A stretch of 64,000 nt of DNA, from the NCBI GenBank assembly GCA_026400535.1, contig JAPLOU010000052.1:54715-118714 (forward strand), in the 5' to 3' direction. Below are positions 30,011 through 40,550 of the stretch, piece by piece (position 1 is the stretch's first letter; the number at the start of each line of letters is the position of its first letter). A program made the translations under genes and the position numbers. The stretch is from Hyphomicrobiales bacterium (GTDB lineage: Bacteria; Pseudomonadota; Alphaproteobacteria; Rhizobiales; Beijerinckiaceae). The notes beneath the pieces are model-generated. The model did not search any database and was not told where the DNA came from. It saw nothing but the letters and a program-made list of their open reading frames with translations.

Positions 30011-31474
30011 ATGCATGACATCAAGTGGATTCGCGAGAACGCGGCGGCGTTTGATCTGGGGCTGATCAACCGTGGGGCCGAGCCACTGTCGACGTCGGTT
30101 CTGGCGCTTGATGACGCACGCAAGACGGCGATTGCCGAGAATCAGGCGGCGCAGGAGCGTCGCAATGCCTTGTCGAAGGAGATCGGCCAGGCCATGGGGC
30201 GCAAGGATCTGGCTGCGGTCGAGGCGCTCAAGCTTGAGGTGGCGCGGATCAAAGATGCCGCGCCGGAGCTGGAGAAAAACGAACGTGAGGCCGCCGAGGC
30301 GCTGCACTATGCGTTGGCCGCGATCCCCAACATCCCGCAGTCGGACGTGCCGGTCGGCAGCGACGAGCACGGCAACGTTGTGCTGCGCGTCGTTGGCGAA
30401 AAGCCCGCACTCTCGGCAGCGCGGTCGAACATGCTGCCAAAGGAGCATTGGGAACTGGGCGAAGCGCTCGGGCTGATGGATTTCGAGACGGCGGCCAAGC
30501 TCTCGGGCGCACGTTTCGTCGTGCTGAAGGGCGGCCTCGCGCGGCTGGAGCGGGCACTGGGCCAATTCTTCCTCGACACGCATACAACGGAGCATGGCTA
30601 CACCGAAGTCAACCCGCCGCTTCTCGTGCGTGATGAGGCGATGTTCGGGACTGCGCAGTTGCCGAAGTTCGAAGATGATCAGTTTCTTGCATCCACCAAG
30701 CAACAATACCTTGAAGTTATAAGACGAACGCTCAAGGCAGCATTTTCGGAAAGTGAGCCTCAAGAAAGCGAATGTACCAAGAAACAGAATTGTACTGAGC
30801 AGCTGGCGGAAATTCCACGAGCGCTTGCCGGGGCAAGCGTCTATGCGCAAGCGACTGATTTTCCCAGAAACTGGCTAATCCCGACAGCCGAGGTCCCTCT
30901 CACAAACCTCGTCAGCGGCAAGATCCTCTCCGAAACCGAGCTGCCCATCCGCACCACCGCACTCACCCCTTGCTTCCGCGCCGAAGCGGGTTCTGCAGGG
31001 CGGGACACCAAGGGCATGCTGCGGCAACACCAATTCAACAAGGTGGAGCTGGTCTCGATCACCAAACCGGAAGACTCCAACGCCGAGCATAAGCGTATGC
31101 TGGCCTCGGCCGAGGCCGTACTGAAGAAGCTCGGGCTGCACTATCGCGTCATGACGCTGTGCACCGGCGACATGGGCTTCGCCTCGACAAAAACCTACGA
31201 CATCGAGGTCTGGCTGCCCGGACAGAACACCTATCGCGAGATTTCAAGCTGCTCGAACTGCGGCGACTTCCAGGCCCGGCGCATGAACGCGCGGGTGAGG
31301 GGAGCCGACGGCAAGTCGCTCGCCCATGTCCACACCCTCAACGGCTCCGGGGTCGCGGTCGGCCGCGCGCTGATCGCAGTGATGGAGAACTACCAGAACG
31401 AGGATGGTTCCATCACCGTGCCCGACGCGCTCCGCCCCTACATGGGCGGCGTGACGAGGATCACACGGGTGTAA
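30011..31474 (+). CDS. serS: serine--tRNA ligase carrying an in-frame insertion of about 50-60 aa
   Basis: [10 protein letters not shown]..., [36 protein letters not shown] (motif 2), [16 protein letters not shown] (motif 3). The track start 30005 is TTG; ATG at 30011. Confidence 0.95.
   Translation: MHDIKWIRENAAAFDLGLINRGAEPLSTSVLALDDARKTAIAENQAAQERRNALSKEIGQAMGRKDLAAVEALKLEVARIKDAAPELEKNEREAAEALHYALAAIPNIPQSDVPVGSDEHGNVVLRVVGEKPALSAARSNMLPKEHWELGEALGLMDFETAAKLSGARFVVLKGGLARLERALGQFFLDTHTTEHGYTEVNPPLLVRDEAMFGTAQLPKFEDDQFLASTKQQYLEVIRRTLKAAFSESEPQESECTKKQNCTEQLAEIPRALAGASVYAQATDFPRNWLIPTAEVPLTNLVSGKILSETELPIRTTALTPCFRAEAGSAGRDTKGMLRQHQFNKVELVSITKPEDSNAEHKRMLASAEAVLKKLGLHYRVMTLCTGDMGFASTKTYDIEVWLPGQNTYREISSCSNCGDFQARRMNARVRGADGKSLAHVHTLNGSGVAVGRALIAVMENYQNEDGSITVPDALRPYMGGVTRITRV
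30680..30873 (+). other. low-GC in-frame insert inside serS, bracketed by an 8-bp inverted repeat
   Basis: CAGTTTCT (30680-30687) / AGAAACTG (30866-30873). Internal palindrome CGCTTGCC-GG-GGCAAGCG (30822-30839). By hand count 30681-30800 has 51/120 G+C, against 74/120 in 30541-30660. Confidence 0.6.
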
Positions 31475-31510
31475 GCAAAAGCCGGGAGGTGCTGCGTGAG
31501 CGGTTTGCCT

Positions 31511-31565
31511 AACCCTCTCCCGAAACGTCTCCCCTTGGCGGGAGGGGGTGGGGAGAGCGGGGCAC
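31511..31565. repeat. REP-like G/C-tract palindromic element downstream of serS (possible terminator)
   Basis: AACCCTCTCCCGAAACGTCTCCCCTTGGCGGGAGGGGGTGGGGAGAGCGGGG. TCTCCCC (31528-31534) pairs with GGGGAGA (31550-31556). A related GGGAGAGGG motif lies upstream of serS near 29920. Confidence 0.35.
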
Positions 31566-31690
31566 GCCGCTCGATGATCATTCGCGCCATGCACGCAGAA
31601 CTGTTTTGTGCGCCCGTCCCGCCGCATTCTACTTGAGCCGTGGCCAAGCTTGGCGTAGCGACAACGCACGTGACGCCAATCGGGGTTCCC

Positions 31691-32455
31691 ATGCGCATAC
31701 TGGTGACGAATGATGACGGCATCCATGCCCCGGGTCTCGCCGTTCTGGAGCGCATTGCGCGCGCGATTTCCGACGATGTCTGGGTGATCGCGCCGGAAAC
31801 CGATCAGTCCGGCGTCTCGCATTCGTTGTCGCTCAATGATCCGCTGCGGCTGCGCGAGATTTCGCCGCGCCATTTTGCAGTCGAGGGCACGCCGACCGAT
31901 TGCGTGATCATGGGCCTGCGGCAGGTTATGAGCGAAAGCCGGCCCGATCTTGTCCTGTCAGGCATCAACCACGGCCAGAACGTCGCCGAGGACGTGACCT
32001 ATTCCGGCACCATCGCCGCGGCCATGGAAGGCACCATTCTGGGCGTGCGCTCGATTGCGCTGAGCCAGGCCTATGGCGCCCGGGGCCGCGCTGCGATCAA
32101 CTGGTCCTGCGCCGAGACCCATGCCCCCGGTATCGTCAAGCGGCTGCTCGCCGAGGGCATCCCCAAGGACATCCTGATCAACGTCAATTTCCCGGACTGC
32201 CTGCCCGAGGAGGTCGAGGGCGTTTCTGTCACTGTCCAGGGGCGCCGCAACCAGAACCTTCTGCGCATCGATCCGCGCGAGGACGGGCGCGGCAAGGCGT
32301 ATTACTGGATTGCCTTCCAGCGCGGCAAGCAGGACCCGGCCAATGGCACGGACCTGAAGGCGCTTGCCGACAAGCGCATCTCGATCACGCCGCTGGAGCT
32401 CGACCTTACCCATGAGCCAACGCTGACTCGGCTGGCCGTCGCCTTCGCCGGATGA
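31691..32455 (+). CDS. surE: 5'/3'-nucleotidase SurE
   Basis: [16 protein letters not shown]..., [24 protein letters not shown]. Confidence 0.95.
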   Translation: MRILVTNDDGIHAPGLAVLERIARAISDDVWVIAPETDQSGVSHSLSLNDPLRLREISPRHFAVEGTPTDCVIMGLRQVMSESRPDLVLSGINHGQNVAEDVTYSGTIAAAMEGTILGVRSIALSQAYGARGRAAINWSCAETHAPGIVKRLLAEGIPKDILINVNFPDCLPEEVEGVSVTVQGRRNQNLLRIDPREDGRGKAYYWIAFQRGKQDPANGTDLKALADKRISITPLELDLTHEPTLTRLAVAFAG

Positions 32456-33135
32456 TTGATGCGTCGTTCAGCGTCGAGGAGCAGGATGCGCCTCTCGCGG
32501 CGGGCGCAAGGACGCTGCAGTTTCTCCTCGCGCTCAGGGCCCAGGGCGTGTCCGACCTGCCGGTGCTGCGCGCCATGGAGCGCGTCTCGCGCGAGGCCTT
32601 CGCGCCGTCCCGCTATGCCGACCTGTCGCGTACCGACATCTCCATCCCGCTGCCCTGCGGCCAGATGATGATGCCACCCACGGTGGTAGCGTCCTTTCTG
32701 GTCTCGCTGGGCGTTGAGCCGGGCCATCGCGTGCTCGAGATTGGCACCGGCTCGGGCTATGTCTCGGCACTGCTCTCTGCCATGGGCGCGAAGGTCGTGT
32801 CGATCGAGCGCTTCCAGAGCCTCGCCCTGGCGGCGCATGAACGGCTGTCCGTGCTCGGGGTGGGCAATGTCGATCTGCAGCATGGCGACGGGCTGAGCGC
32901 GACGCGGCTTCTGGGTCGCTTCGACCGGGTTCTGCTTAACGGCGTCGTCGATGCGGTCCCGGAGCATCTGCTGCAGCGGCTGACGCCGACGGGCCGGCTG
33001 GTGGGCGCCCTCAAGGTTGAGAATGCGCCCAGGAAGATCGTGATCGACCGCGTCGGCGACAATGCCGTTGATCATTCGCTCGGCGGGGCGGTGCGGTTGA
33101 CGCCGCTGAGTGCCGGCGTGGCCGAGACGCTGTAG
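32452..33135 (+). CDS. pcm: protein-L-isoaspartate O-methyltransferase
   Basis: ATGA overlap with sur[17 protein letters not shown], conserved surE-pcm order. Confidence 0.9.
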   Translation: MIDASFSVEEQDAPLAAGARTLQFLLALRAQGVSDLPVLRAMERVSREAFAPSRYADLSRTDISIPLPCGQMMMPPTVVASFLVSLGVEPGHRVLEIGTGSGYVSALLSAMGAKVVSIERFQSLALAAHERLSVLGVGNVDLQHGDGLSATRLLGRFDRVLLNGVVDAVPEHLLQRLTPTGRLVGALKVENAPRKIVIDRVGDNAVDHSLGGAVRLTPLSAGVAETL

Positions 33136-33269
33136 GCGCGCAGCGCAGCGTCACCGGGCCCAAACCGGCGGAAATGTGTCAAATCGTTCAGCGTGGAAAC
33201 GGTTTCGTAACCTGAATCCGCCTTTAATCATCTCCGTCGAGTGTGTTGCGTAACCTGCGGTGCGGGCTA

Positions 33270-34937
33270 ATGCGTTTCAAGTTTGTCTTTCTCCGGTCCA
33301 CGGCGGTCCTTCGCGTCGCGTCAGTCGGTGTCGTTGCTGCGACGCTGGGAGCGTGCAGCAGCAATGTGGCGCGTTTCTCCGATAATCCCTTCAGTGACCC
33401 CTTCAAAGGCTCCGGGCAAAGCCTCGACCGCAGCGCAACGGGAAGTGTCAACCGTGCCGCCAATGACGCGGTGGCAGCGGGTGGCAGCCGGATCGGGCCG
33501 GTGACATCCCAGTCCCTCGCCGCGCCCACCACCACAGGCCGCCAGATCGTTGCTCCGCTCACCACCGGCTCCATCCCATCGCCCATGACGCTGGCGCCCA
33601 CGGCCCCGAGTGCGGTTGCAATGTCCGCTGCCGCCCCTGTCGTTGCGACCGCCCGCTCGGCCGGCAACTGGTCTGCGCAGGGTGGAGCACCGGTCGTGGT
33701 CGCTGCCGGCGAAAGCGTCAACACGCTGTCGGCGCGTTACGGGGTGCCGGCCTCCGCCATTCTGGCGACCAACGGGCTCTCGTCGGCCTCGCAGGTCACA
33801 CCGGGGTCGCGCATCACCATTCCGGTGTTCAATCAGGGCGGCTCCGTCAGTCCGCACGCCGCATCGCCCGCCGAGCGTCAGCCCGCGCCGGTGACGCCCC
33901 GTCCCGTGACCCAGATTCCGGTGCCCGCACAGACCCCGGTCCAGGCTGCATCGAATCCCGTCGCCAGCGTCCGTACGCCGACTGATCCGCCACGTCCGCC
34001 GGCCCGCACGGCGGACGCCACCCGGGTTGTTCCGCCGGCACAGGTTGCCGCCCCAAAGACAGTCGCCTCCCCCTCCGCTGACGTGGCGCGCGAGAAGGCA
34101 CGGGCGCAAGCTGAGGCCGCCAAGGCGCGCGCCGAGACGGCGCGCCAGCCGTCTGCCGGCATTGCCGCAGCAAACTCCAGGCTTGAAGCCGAGGCGAAGG
34201 CGCGCAAGGCCACCGAAGCCAAGGCGAAGGCCGAAGCCGAGAAGACCAAGTTGGCCGAACTGAAGGCGCGGAGCGCCGAAGATCGCATAAAGGCTGCCGA
34301 GGCCCGCAAGGCCACCGAAGCCGAGCGCACCCGGGCGGCTGAAGCGAAGGCAAAGGCTGAGGCCGAGCGCAAGGTTCAGGCCGAGGCGAAGCTGAAGACT
34401 GACCGCGAACTGAAGGCAGCCCGTGCCGAACCCGACAGCGCCGACCGTAAGGCCCGGCCGCAGACCGCAGCCGTTGCGGCTGCGCCGACCGGCACTACCG
34501 CGCCGCGCGCCCAGACGCAGGCTGATCCGAACCCAACCTCAAGCATCCCGAAGGATGATCCGAAGGCGACCTCCGATTTCCGCTGGCCGGCGCGCGGCCG
34601 CGTCATCAGCGGCTTCTCCGGCAAAGGTGGCAATGAGGGCATCAACATCGCCGTGCCGGAAGGCACCCCGGTCAAGTCAGCGGGTGACGGCGTGGTGGCC
34701 TATTCGGGCAATGAGCTGAAGGGCTACGGCAATCTGGTCCTGATCCGCCACGACAACGGCTATGTCTCGGCCTATGCCCACAATGGCGACATCAACGTCA
34801 AGCGCGGTGAACGCGTCAGCCGCGGGCAGGTGATCGCGACCTCGGGCCAGTCCGGCAACGTGTCTTCGCCGCAGCTGCACTTTGAAATCCGCAAGGGGTC
34901 GAACCCCGTGGACCCGATGCCCTACCTCACCAACTGA
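33270..34937 (+). CDS. LysM + M23 peptidase lipoprotein (NlpD-like)
   Basis: MRFKFVFLRSTAVLRVASVGVVAATLGAC lipobox. LysM (VVVAAGESVNTLSARYGVPASAILATNGL). Long A/K/E-rich linker. M23 (GINIAVPEGTPVKSAGDGVVAYSG...HFEIRKGSNPVDP). Confidence 0.9.
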   Translation: MRFKFVFLRSTAVLRVASVGVVAATLGACSSNVARFSDNPFSDPFKGSGQSLDRSATGSVNRAANDAVAAGGSRIGPVTSQSLAAPTTTGRQIVAPLTTGSIPSPMTLAPTAPSAVAMSAAAPVVATARSAGNWSAQGGAPVVVAAGESVNTLSARYGVPASAILATNGLSSASQVTPGSRITIPVFNQGGSVSPHAASPAERQPAPVTPRPVTQIPVPAQTPVQAASNPVASVRTPTDPPRPPARTADATRVVPPAQVAAPKTVASPSADVAREKARAQAEAAKARAETARQPSAGIAAANSRLEAEAKARKATEAKAKAEAEKTKLAELKARSAEDRIKAAEARKATEAERTRAAEAKAKAEAERKVQAEAKLKTDRELKAARAEPDSADRKARPQTAAVAAAPTGTTAPRAQTQADPNPTSSIPKDDPKATSDFRWPARGRVISGFSGKGGNEGINIAVPEGTPVKSAGDGVVAYSGNELKGYGNLVLIRHDNGYVSAYAHNGDINVKRGERVSRGQVIATSGQSGNVSSPQLHFEIRKGSNPVDPMPYLTN

Positions 34938-34993
34938 GGCGGCATCGCCAGCGATTGCGATCAGCGCTCGCGAGACCCTTGGGCTGATCGTGA

Positions 34994-35035
34994 AGAGAGA
35001 CGGGACGGTCCAAAGAAAGGCCGCTCCCGTCTCTC
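34994..35035. terminator. bidirectional stem-loop between convergent genes
   Basis: GAGAGACGGGA(c)GG ... CCG(c)TCCCGTCTCTC, an 11-bp perfect stem plus 3 bp. U-tracts are weak on both strands. Confidence 0.45.
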
Positions 35036-35050
35036 ATCGTCTTGCAACGA

Positions 35051-35914
35051 TCACAGCCGCTGTTCCTGCCTCCCGGCCAGATCAGTGATGTACTGCCACG
35101 CTGTGCGGCCCGAGCGGCTTCCGCGCGTGGTCGCCCATTCCAGCGCCTCGGCCCGGAGCGTCTCGGGGCCGATCCTGAGGCCGAAATGGGTCGCATAGCC
35201 CTCGACCATCTCGAGATACTCGTCCTGGCTGCACTTGTGGAAGCCAAGCCACAGCCCGAAGCGATCAGACAGGGAGACCTTTTCCTCCACCGCTTCGCCG
35301 GGATTGATGGAGGTCGAGCGCTCGTTCTCCATCATGTCCCGCGGCAAGAGGTGGCGGCGGTTTGAGGTCGCGTAGAAGGCAACATTCTCGGGTCGGCCCT
35401 CGACGCCGCCATCCAGCGCCGCCTTCAGCGACTTGTAGGAGGTGTCGTTGTTGTCGAAGGACAGGTCATCGCAAAACACGATGAAGCGGTGCGGGTCCTG
35501 GCGCAGCAGGCCCATGAGGGTGGGCAGGCTTTCAATGTCCTCGCGGTGGATCTCGATCAGCTTCATCGGCAGCCTGCCGAGCTTGCGGGCGTTCACGTCG
35601 GCATGGATCGACTTGACCAGCGACGACTTGCCCATGCCACGCGCGCCCCAGAGCAGCACGTTATTCGCAGCAAAGCCGCGGGCGAAGCGCTCGGTATTGT
35701 CGGCGAGCAGGTCGCGGACCCGGTCGACGCCCTTGAGCAAGCCAAGTTCGACCCGGTTGACTTTCAGCACAGGTTGCAGCCTGACCTCGCGTGCATGCCA
35801 GACGAAAGCGTCGGTGCCGGTCACGTCCGGGCGGGCAGGAGGCGGCGGGCTCATGCGATCAAGCGCATCGGCAATGCGGGCGAGAAGGGCGATGGTTGGG
35901 TCAGACTGGGTCAT
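35051..35914 (-). CDS. DUF815-type AAA ATPase
   Basis: LLWGARGMGKSSLVKS (Walker A), FIVFCDDLSF (Walker B-like), YATSNRRHLLPRD. Start ambiguous (ATG 35914 or 35950). Confidence 0.8.
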   Translation of the reverse strand: MTQSDPTIALLARIADALDRMSPPPPARPDVTGTDAFVWHAREVRLQPVLKVNRVELGLLKGVDRVRDLLADNTERFARGFAANNVLLWGARGMGKSSLVKSIHADVNARKLGRLPMKLIEIHREDIESLPTLMGLLRQDPHRFIVFCDDLSFDNNDTSYKSLKAALDGGVEGRPENVAFYATSNRRHLLPRDMMENERSTSINPGEAVEEKVSLSDRFGLWLGFHKCSQDEYLEMVEGYATHFGLRIGPETLRAEALEWATTRGSRSGRTAWQYITDLAGRQEQRL

Positions 35915-36075
35915 GGCGTCAGGTTTCTGCGGCAACGAAGCCAGTGTCATGAACCGAAATCGGCGCGGGCGCCATCCCCGCAATTGATTTCGGCGGCGCT
36001 TCAGATAATAGTCCGCCCGAAATCCGCCTGCGTCGGGCGATGCGTCCTTTTCCACTTCCTTGCGAGGTATTAGTC

Positions 36076-36420
36076 GTGATTACCCCTGCTTTTGCCCAGG
36101 CAACCGGTGCCGGTGGCGGCGCCGACATTTTCATGTCGCTGGTGCCATTCATCCTGATTTTCGTGATCATGTGGTTTCTCATCATCCGCCCGCAGCAGAA
36201 GCGGATGAAGGAGCATCGGGAATTGATCTCGAATGTGCGTCGCGGGGACACGATCGTCACCTCCGGCGGGCTGATCGCCAAGGTTACCAAGGTGGTGGAT
36301 GACGCCGAGGTCGAGGCCGAGATCGCCGAGGGCGTGAAAGCGCGCTTCGTGAGATCCATGATCCAGGACGTGCGCGCGAAGGGTGAGCCGGTCAAGGACA
36401 AGGAAGCGACCAAGACCTGA
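36076..36420 (+). CDS. yajC: preprotein translocase subunit YajC
   Basis: LVPFILIFVIMWFLIIRPQQKRMKEHRELISNVRRGDTIVTSGGLIAKV. GTG 36076 with GAGG 8 nt upstream. Confidence 0.9.
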   Translation: MITPAFAQATGAGGGADIFMSLVPFILIFVIMWFLIIRPQQKRMKEHRELISNVRRGDTIVTSGGLIAKVTKVVDDAEVEAEIAEGVKARFVRSMIQDVRAKGEPVKDKEATKT

Positions 36421-36610
36421 CGAAGACGTGCAACTCCGCGCTCCTCATCCTGAGCCCGTCAACGGATCAGCGGAAGCTGCGCGTTATCGCGCATTGTTGA
36501 TCGCATCTGCTTCGACAATCAGGGGATCACGGACTAAGTGCATAACATGAGAGTCCGCCGTCGAAGCCGTTCCTTCGTCTACAAGAACCCGAAATGAGGC
36601 TGAAAAGGCC

Positions 36611-38200
36611 ATGATGCGGATTTCCCGGATCAAGTCGATCCTGATCATTCTGGCGAGCCTGATCGGCTGCCTTCTGGCTGTTCCGAGCCTGATGCCGGAG
36701 GCGACACGCAAGGCCGTCTTCGGGTCCCTCCCGGCCTGGGTGCCGCAGAAGTCTGTCTCGCTCGGCCTCGATCTGCAGGGTGGCGCGCATGTCCTGTTGG
36801 AAATCGACAAGCCGGACCTGATGCGCTCCATGATGACGCAGTTGCGTGACGACGTCCGCCGCGTGATGCGCGAGGAGCGAGTGGCCCTGCAGGGCGGAAT
36901 CGCCATGCAGCCGCGCGGGGTCCAGTTCCGCATTCCGCAGGCTGATGACCGGGCGCGCGCGCTGCCGAAGCTCAGGCTGCTGGCGCAGCCGGCGGGCCAG
37001 CAACTCTTCGGCCCGACCGGTTCGCAGACGATCGACCTTGTCGAGGCTCCGGACGGCCAGATCACGATGACCTACAGCGAACTGGGCATCAGCGAGCGCA
37101 TCCGGCGTGTCGGCCAGCAGACCATCGAGGTCATCGAGAAGCGCATCAACATCGACGGCACGAAAGAACCTTCGATCCAGCGCCAGGGACTGGACCGGAT
37201 TCTGGTCCAGGTCCCGGGTCTGACCGATCCGCAGCAGCTCAAGGAGCGCCTCGGCCGCACCGCCAAATTGCAGTTCCGCTTCGTCGCCGAGGCTGGCGCG
37301 GCGGACACCGAACAGATGCGCAACCGCGACTCCGGCCAGCTCGTGTCCGTCGAACGGTCGGTCATCGTCGAGGGCGAGGACCTGATCGACGCGCAAGCCT
37401 CGTTCGATCAGCGCACCGGCCAGCCGATCGTCAACTTCCGCTTCAACATCCGCGGCTCGCAACGCTTCGGCGATGCCACCACCCGCGGCGTCGGACGCCA
37501 GCTCGCCATCGTGCTCGACAACGAGGTGATTTCGGCCCCTGTGGTCCAGACCCCGATCACCGGCGGATCGGGCCAGATTTCCGGCCAGTTCTCGGTCGAG
37601 CAGGTCAACAGCCTGTCGCTCCTGCTGCGTGCGGGCGCGCTGCCGGCCAAGCTCTCGATCATCGAGGAACGCACGGTCGGCGCCGGACTTGGTGCCGACT
37701 CGATCCGCGCGGGTCTGCTCGCCTCTTACCTCGCCATGGCGCTGGTCGCCATGTTCATGATCGTGACCTACGGGTTCTTCGGCGTGGTTGCCGTGATTGC
37801 GGTGACGATCAATGTGTTCATGCTGCTGGGCCTGCTCGCTGTGATCGGCGCGACACTGACGCTGCCGGGCATTGCCGGCATCGTGCTGACGGTTGGCATG
37901 GCGGTGGACGCGAACGTTCTGATCTATGAGCGCGTGCGCGAGGAATCCCGCATGGGCCGATCGGCCATCTCCGCGCTCGACGCCGGCTTCGAGCGCGCTC
38001 TCAGCACAATCGTCGACGCGAACCTGACCACGCTGATCGCGGCCATCGTGCTGTTTTTCCTGGGCTCGGGACCAGTGCGTGGCTTCGCCGTGACGCTGTC
38101 GCTTGGCATTCTGACCACCGTGTTTACGGCCTTCACCTTGAGCCGCCTGATGATCGCGACCTGGTATCGTTGGCGCAGGCCCTCCAAAGTCGTGATTTGA
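36611..38200 (+). CDS. secD: protein translocase subunit SecD
   Basis: 529 aa. LGLDLQGGAHVLLE, TLPGIAGIVLTVGMAVDANVLIYERVREE. Confidence 0.95.
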   Translation: MMRISRIKSILIILASLIGCLLAVPSLMPEATRKAVFGSLPAWVPQKSVSLGLDLQGGAHVLLEIDKPDLMRSMMTQLRDDVRRVMREERVALQGGIAMQPRGVQFRIPQADDRARALPKLRLLAQPAGQQLFGPTGSQTIDLVEAPDGQITMTYSELGISERIRRVGQQTIEVIEKRINIDGTKEPSIQRQGLDRILVQVPGLTDPQQLKERLGRTAKLQFRFVAEAGAADTEQMRNRDSGQLVSVERSVIVEGEDLIDAQASFDQRTGQPIVNFRFNIRGSQRFGDATTRGVGRQLAIVLDNEVISAPVVQTPITGGSGQISGQFSVEQVNSLSLLLRAGALPAKLSIIEERTVGAGLGADSIRAGLLASYLAMALVAMFMIVTYGFFGVVAVIAVTINVFMLLGLLAVIGATLTLPGIAGIVLTVGMAVDANVLIYERVREESRMGRSAISALDAGFERALSTIVDANLTTLIAAIVLFFLGSGPVRGFAVTLSLGILTTVFTAFTLSRLMIATWYRWRRPSKVVI

Positions 38201-38208
38201 GGTTTACC

Positions 38209-39195
38209 GTGGCTTTCCGTCTCCGCTTCATTCCCGACGAAACCAAATTCCCCTTCATGGGATTCCGTTCGGTGAGCTTTCCGGCCTCCGCGCTGCTGTC
38301 TGTGCTGACCGTGATCGTCTTTTTCGCTATCGGCGTGAATTTCGGCATTGACTTCAAGGGCGGTACGCTGGTCGAGCTGCAGGCCAGGGGCGCGCAGGCC
38401 AACATTGCGCAGGTGCGCGAGAAGTCGAATGCGCTCGGCTTCGGCTCTGTCGAGGTGGCCGAGTTCGGCTCGCCGCGGGAGTTGCTGCTGCGACTCGAAC
38501 TGCAGACCGCTCCGACGACCGCGGAGCAGGAAAGGGCGCAACAGAATGTCGTGACCAAGCTGCGCGAGACCTTCGGCAATGACTACGAGTTCCGCCGTGT
38601 CGAGGTGGTTGGTCCGCGCGTTTCCGGCGAACTGGTCCAGAACGGCACCATCGGCGTGATCTTCGGCATCATCGGGGTTCTGATCTATCTCTGGTTCCGT
38701 TTCGAATGGCAGTTCGCGATCGGCGCCGTCATCGCGACCCTGCACGACATCGTCCTGACCATCGGATTTTTCGTGGTCATGCAGCTCACATTCGACATGA
38801 CGTCGCTCGCGGTGATCCTGACGATTCTCGGCTATTCGCTGAATGACACGGTCGTTGTTTATGACCGCATTCGAGAAATGCTGCGCAAGTACAAGAAGCT
38901 CCAGCTCTATGAAGTCATCGACATCGCGATCAATTCGACCTTGTCACGCACGGTCATCACCGCCACGACCACATTCCTGGCCATGCTGGCGATGGCCATT
39001 TTTGGCGGTGAGGTCTTGCGGTCGTTCTCGCTTGCCATGCTGTTCGGCATCGTGATTGGGACCTATTCCTCGATTTTCATCGCAGCGCCGATCCTGATCT
39101 ATCTCGGTCTGAAGACCGGCGGCGGTGATCCGACCAAGGATGACAAGCCCGAGGCGGGCACGTCAAAGACCGCTGCTGCTCGCGCCAGGGCCTGA
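38209..39195 (+). CDS. secF: protein translocase subunit SecF
   Basis: GIDFKGGTLVEL, LHDIVLTIGFF, GYSLNDTVVVYDRIRE. GTG 38209 with GAGG upstream. Confidence 0.9.
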   Translation: MAFRLRFIPDETKFPFMGFRSVSFPASALLSVLTVIVFFAIGVNFGIDFKGGTLVELQARGAQANIAQVREKSNALGFGSVEVAEFGSPRELLLRLELQTAPTTAEQERAQQNVVTKLRETFGNDYEFRRVEVVGPRVSGELVQNGTIGVIFGIIGVLIYLWFRFEWQFAIGAVIATLHDIVLTIGFFVVMQLTFDMTSLAVILTILGYSLNDTVVVYDRIREMLRKYKKLQLYEVIDIAINSTLSRTVITATTTFLAMLAMAIFGGEVLRSFSLAMLFGIVIGTYSSIFIAAPILIYLGLKTGGGDPTKDDKPEAGTSKTAAARARA

Positions 39196-39196
39196 C

Positions 39197-39586
39197 ATGC
39201 CGACGCTCCGGCCGCGCCCTGACGGTTTCGTTCCGGGCCGCCATCTGATTGACGCCTACGGGGCCGGGGGCTTCCGTTTCGCCGAAATGAGCCACAAGGG
39301 CTCGATCCTGATGCTGCCCTCCGGGGTCATGGCCTGGGCCGCGACCGACAACCAGCCCTGGCTGGCCAGCTTGTTCCTCGATGTCTTCGCCGAGGCCGAC
39401 AAGATCGATCTCTTGCTTCTGGGCACCGGGCTCAATCTCAGGCCGCTGCCGGAGGCGCTGTGCTGGCGTTTCAGGGAGCTGAAGATCGGCCTTGAACTGA
39501 TGACGACTCCGCCGGCTGCGCGGACCTACAACATCCTCGTCGCCGAGGGCCGCAAGGTTGCGGCAGCCCTGATTGCCGTGGACTGA
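39197..39586 (+). CDS. Mth938-like (DUF498/NDUFAF3-like) domain protein
   Basis: IDAYGAGGFRFAEMSHKGSILMLPSGVMAW...IDLLLLGTG...LELMTTPPAARTYNILVAEGRKVAAALI. Confidence 0.8.
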   Translation: MPTLRPRPDGFVPGRHLIDAYGAGGFRFAEMSHKGSILMLPSGVMAWAATDNQPWLASLFLDVFAEADKIDLLLLGTGLNLRPLPEALCWRFRELKIGLELMTTPPAARTYNILVAEGRKVAAALIAVD

Positions 39587-39659
39587 CGATTGAAATTTTG
39601 CGCGCCTGATCCAGATGCCTGCTGGAGGGTTGGCCAGCAACCGAAAACATGATGTCGCT

Positions 39660-40550
39660 ATGGCGTTGCAGATAACAAACGCGCAACCTGTACAGCTTCA
39701 TGGGCTGGAAGGTGCATTTAGGTATTGCGAGACACTGATCCGTGATGTCGACAAGGATCGCTACCTTGCAACCTTGTTTGCAGCAGCTGACAAGCGCCCG
39801 CACGTCTTCGCGCTCTACGCCTTCAACTTCGAGATATCACGCATTCGTGAAGTCGTCTCTGACCCGTTGCCCGGTGAGGTCCGCCTGCAATGGTGGCGTG
39901 ATCTGATCAACGGATCGGATCACGGCGATGTGTTGGCGAATCCGGTGGCGGCGGCGCTCCGCCACACCATTGCGGCATACGATTTGCCGCGCGAGGCGTT
40001 CGCGGGCATGATCGACGCCCGCATCTTCGATCTGTACGATGATCCGATGCCGACCGTCGCCGATCTCGAAGGCTATTGCGGCGAAACCAGTTCGGCCCTG
40101 ATCCGTCTGGTCAGCCTTGTTCTGGCGGGCGGCAAGGATCCCGGCGCCGCCGATGCCGCTGGCCATGCTGGCGTCGCTTACGCTGTCACCGGCCTGATGC
40201 GCGCCTTTCCCTGGCACGCCATGAACGGGCAGGTTTATGTCCCCAAGGAGTATCTGCTGCACTACGGGGCGACACGGGACGATGTGGCCTCGGGACGCGG
40301 CGGTCCGGGCGTGATGGCGGCGCTGGCGGACATGCGGCGCCTGGCGCGCCATCATCTGGAGCAGACGCGCCAGATGCGCAGCACCATCGTGCCGGAGATT
40401 GCGCCTGCCTTCCTGCCGGTCTCGCTCGTTGAAGCCTACCTGGCAGCGATGGAGAAGCCGGGCTACGACCCTTACACCTCGGTGATCCAGTCGCCGCAAT
40501 GGCGCCGGCAATGGACGCTCTGGCGTCAGGCGCGGCGCGCGATGCACTGA
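39660..40550 (+). CDS. phytoene/squalene synthase family protein
   Basis: AFRYCETLIRDVDKDRYLATLF, YAFNFEISRIRE, RLQWWRDLI. Start 39660 or 39615. Confidence 0.8.
   Translation: MALQITNAQPVQLHGLEGAFRYCETLIRDVDKDRYLATLFAAADKRPHVFALYAFNFEISRIREVVSDPLPGEVRLQWWRDLINGSDHGDVLANPVAAALRHTIAAYDLPREAFAGMIDARIFDLYDDPMPTVADLEGYCGETSSALIRLVSLVLAGGKDPGAADAAGHAGVAYAVTGLMRAFPWHAMNGQVYVPKEYLLHYGATRDDVASGRGGPGVMAALADMRRLARHHLEQTRQMRSTIVPEIAPAFLPVSLVEAYLAAMEKPGYDPYTSVIQSPQWRRQWTLWRQARRAMH

Noticed and set aside
29711-30850. 379-aa minus-strand ORF opposite serS
   Set aside because: serS motifs 2 and 3 are unambiguous on the + strand. The ORF is a shadow extended by the upstream intergenic region.
30680-30873. 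Possibility that the serS insert is an intein
   Set aside because: At about 60 codons it is far too short. It lacks a Cys/Ser/Thr at the N-junction and the His-Asn plus Cys/Ser/Thr C-junction, and no endonuclease or Hint blocks are visible.
33900-34420. Repetitive AKAEAEK/ARKATEA stretch that might be a DNA tandem repeat
   Set aside because: It is an in-frame low-complexity Ala/Lys/Glu linker of the LysM-M23 protein. I could not find a fixed nucleotide repeat unit.
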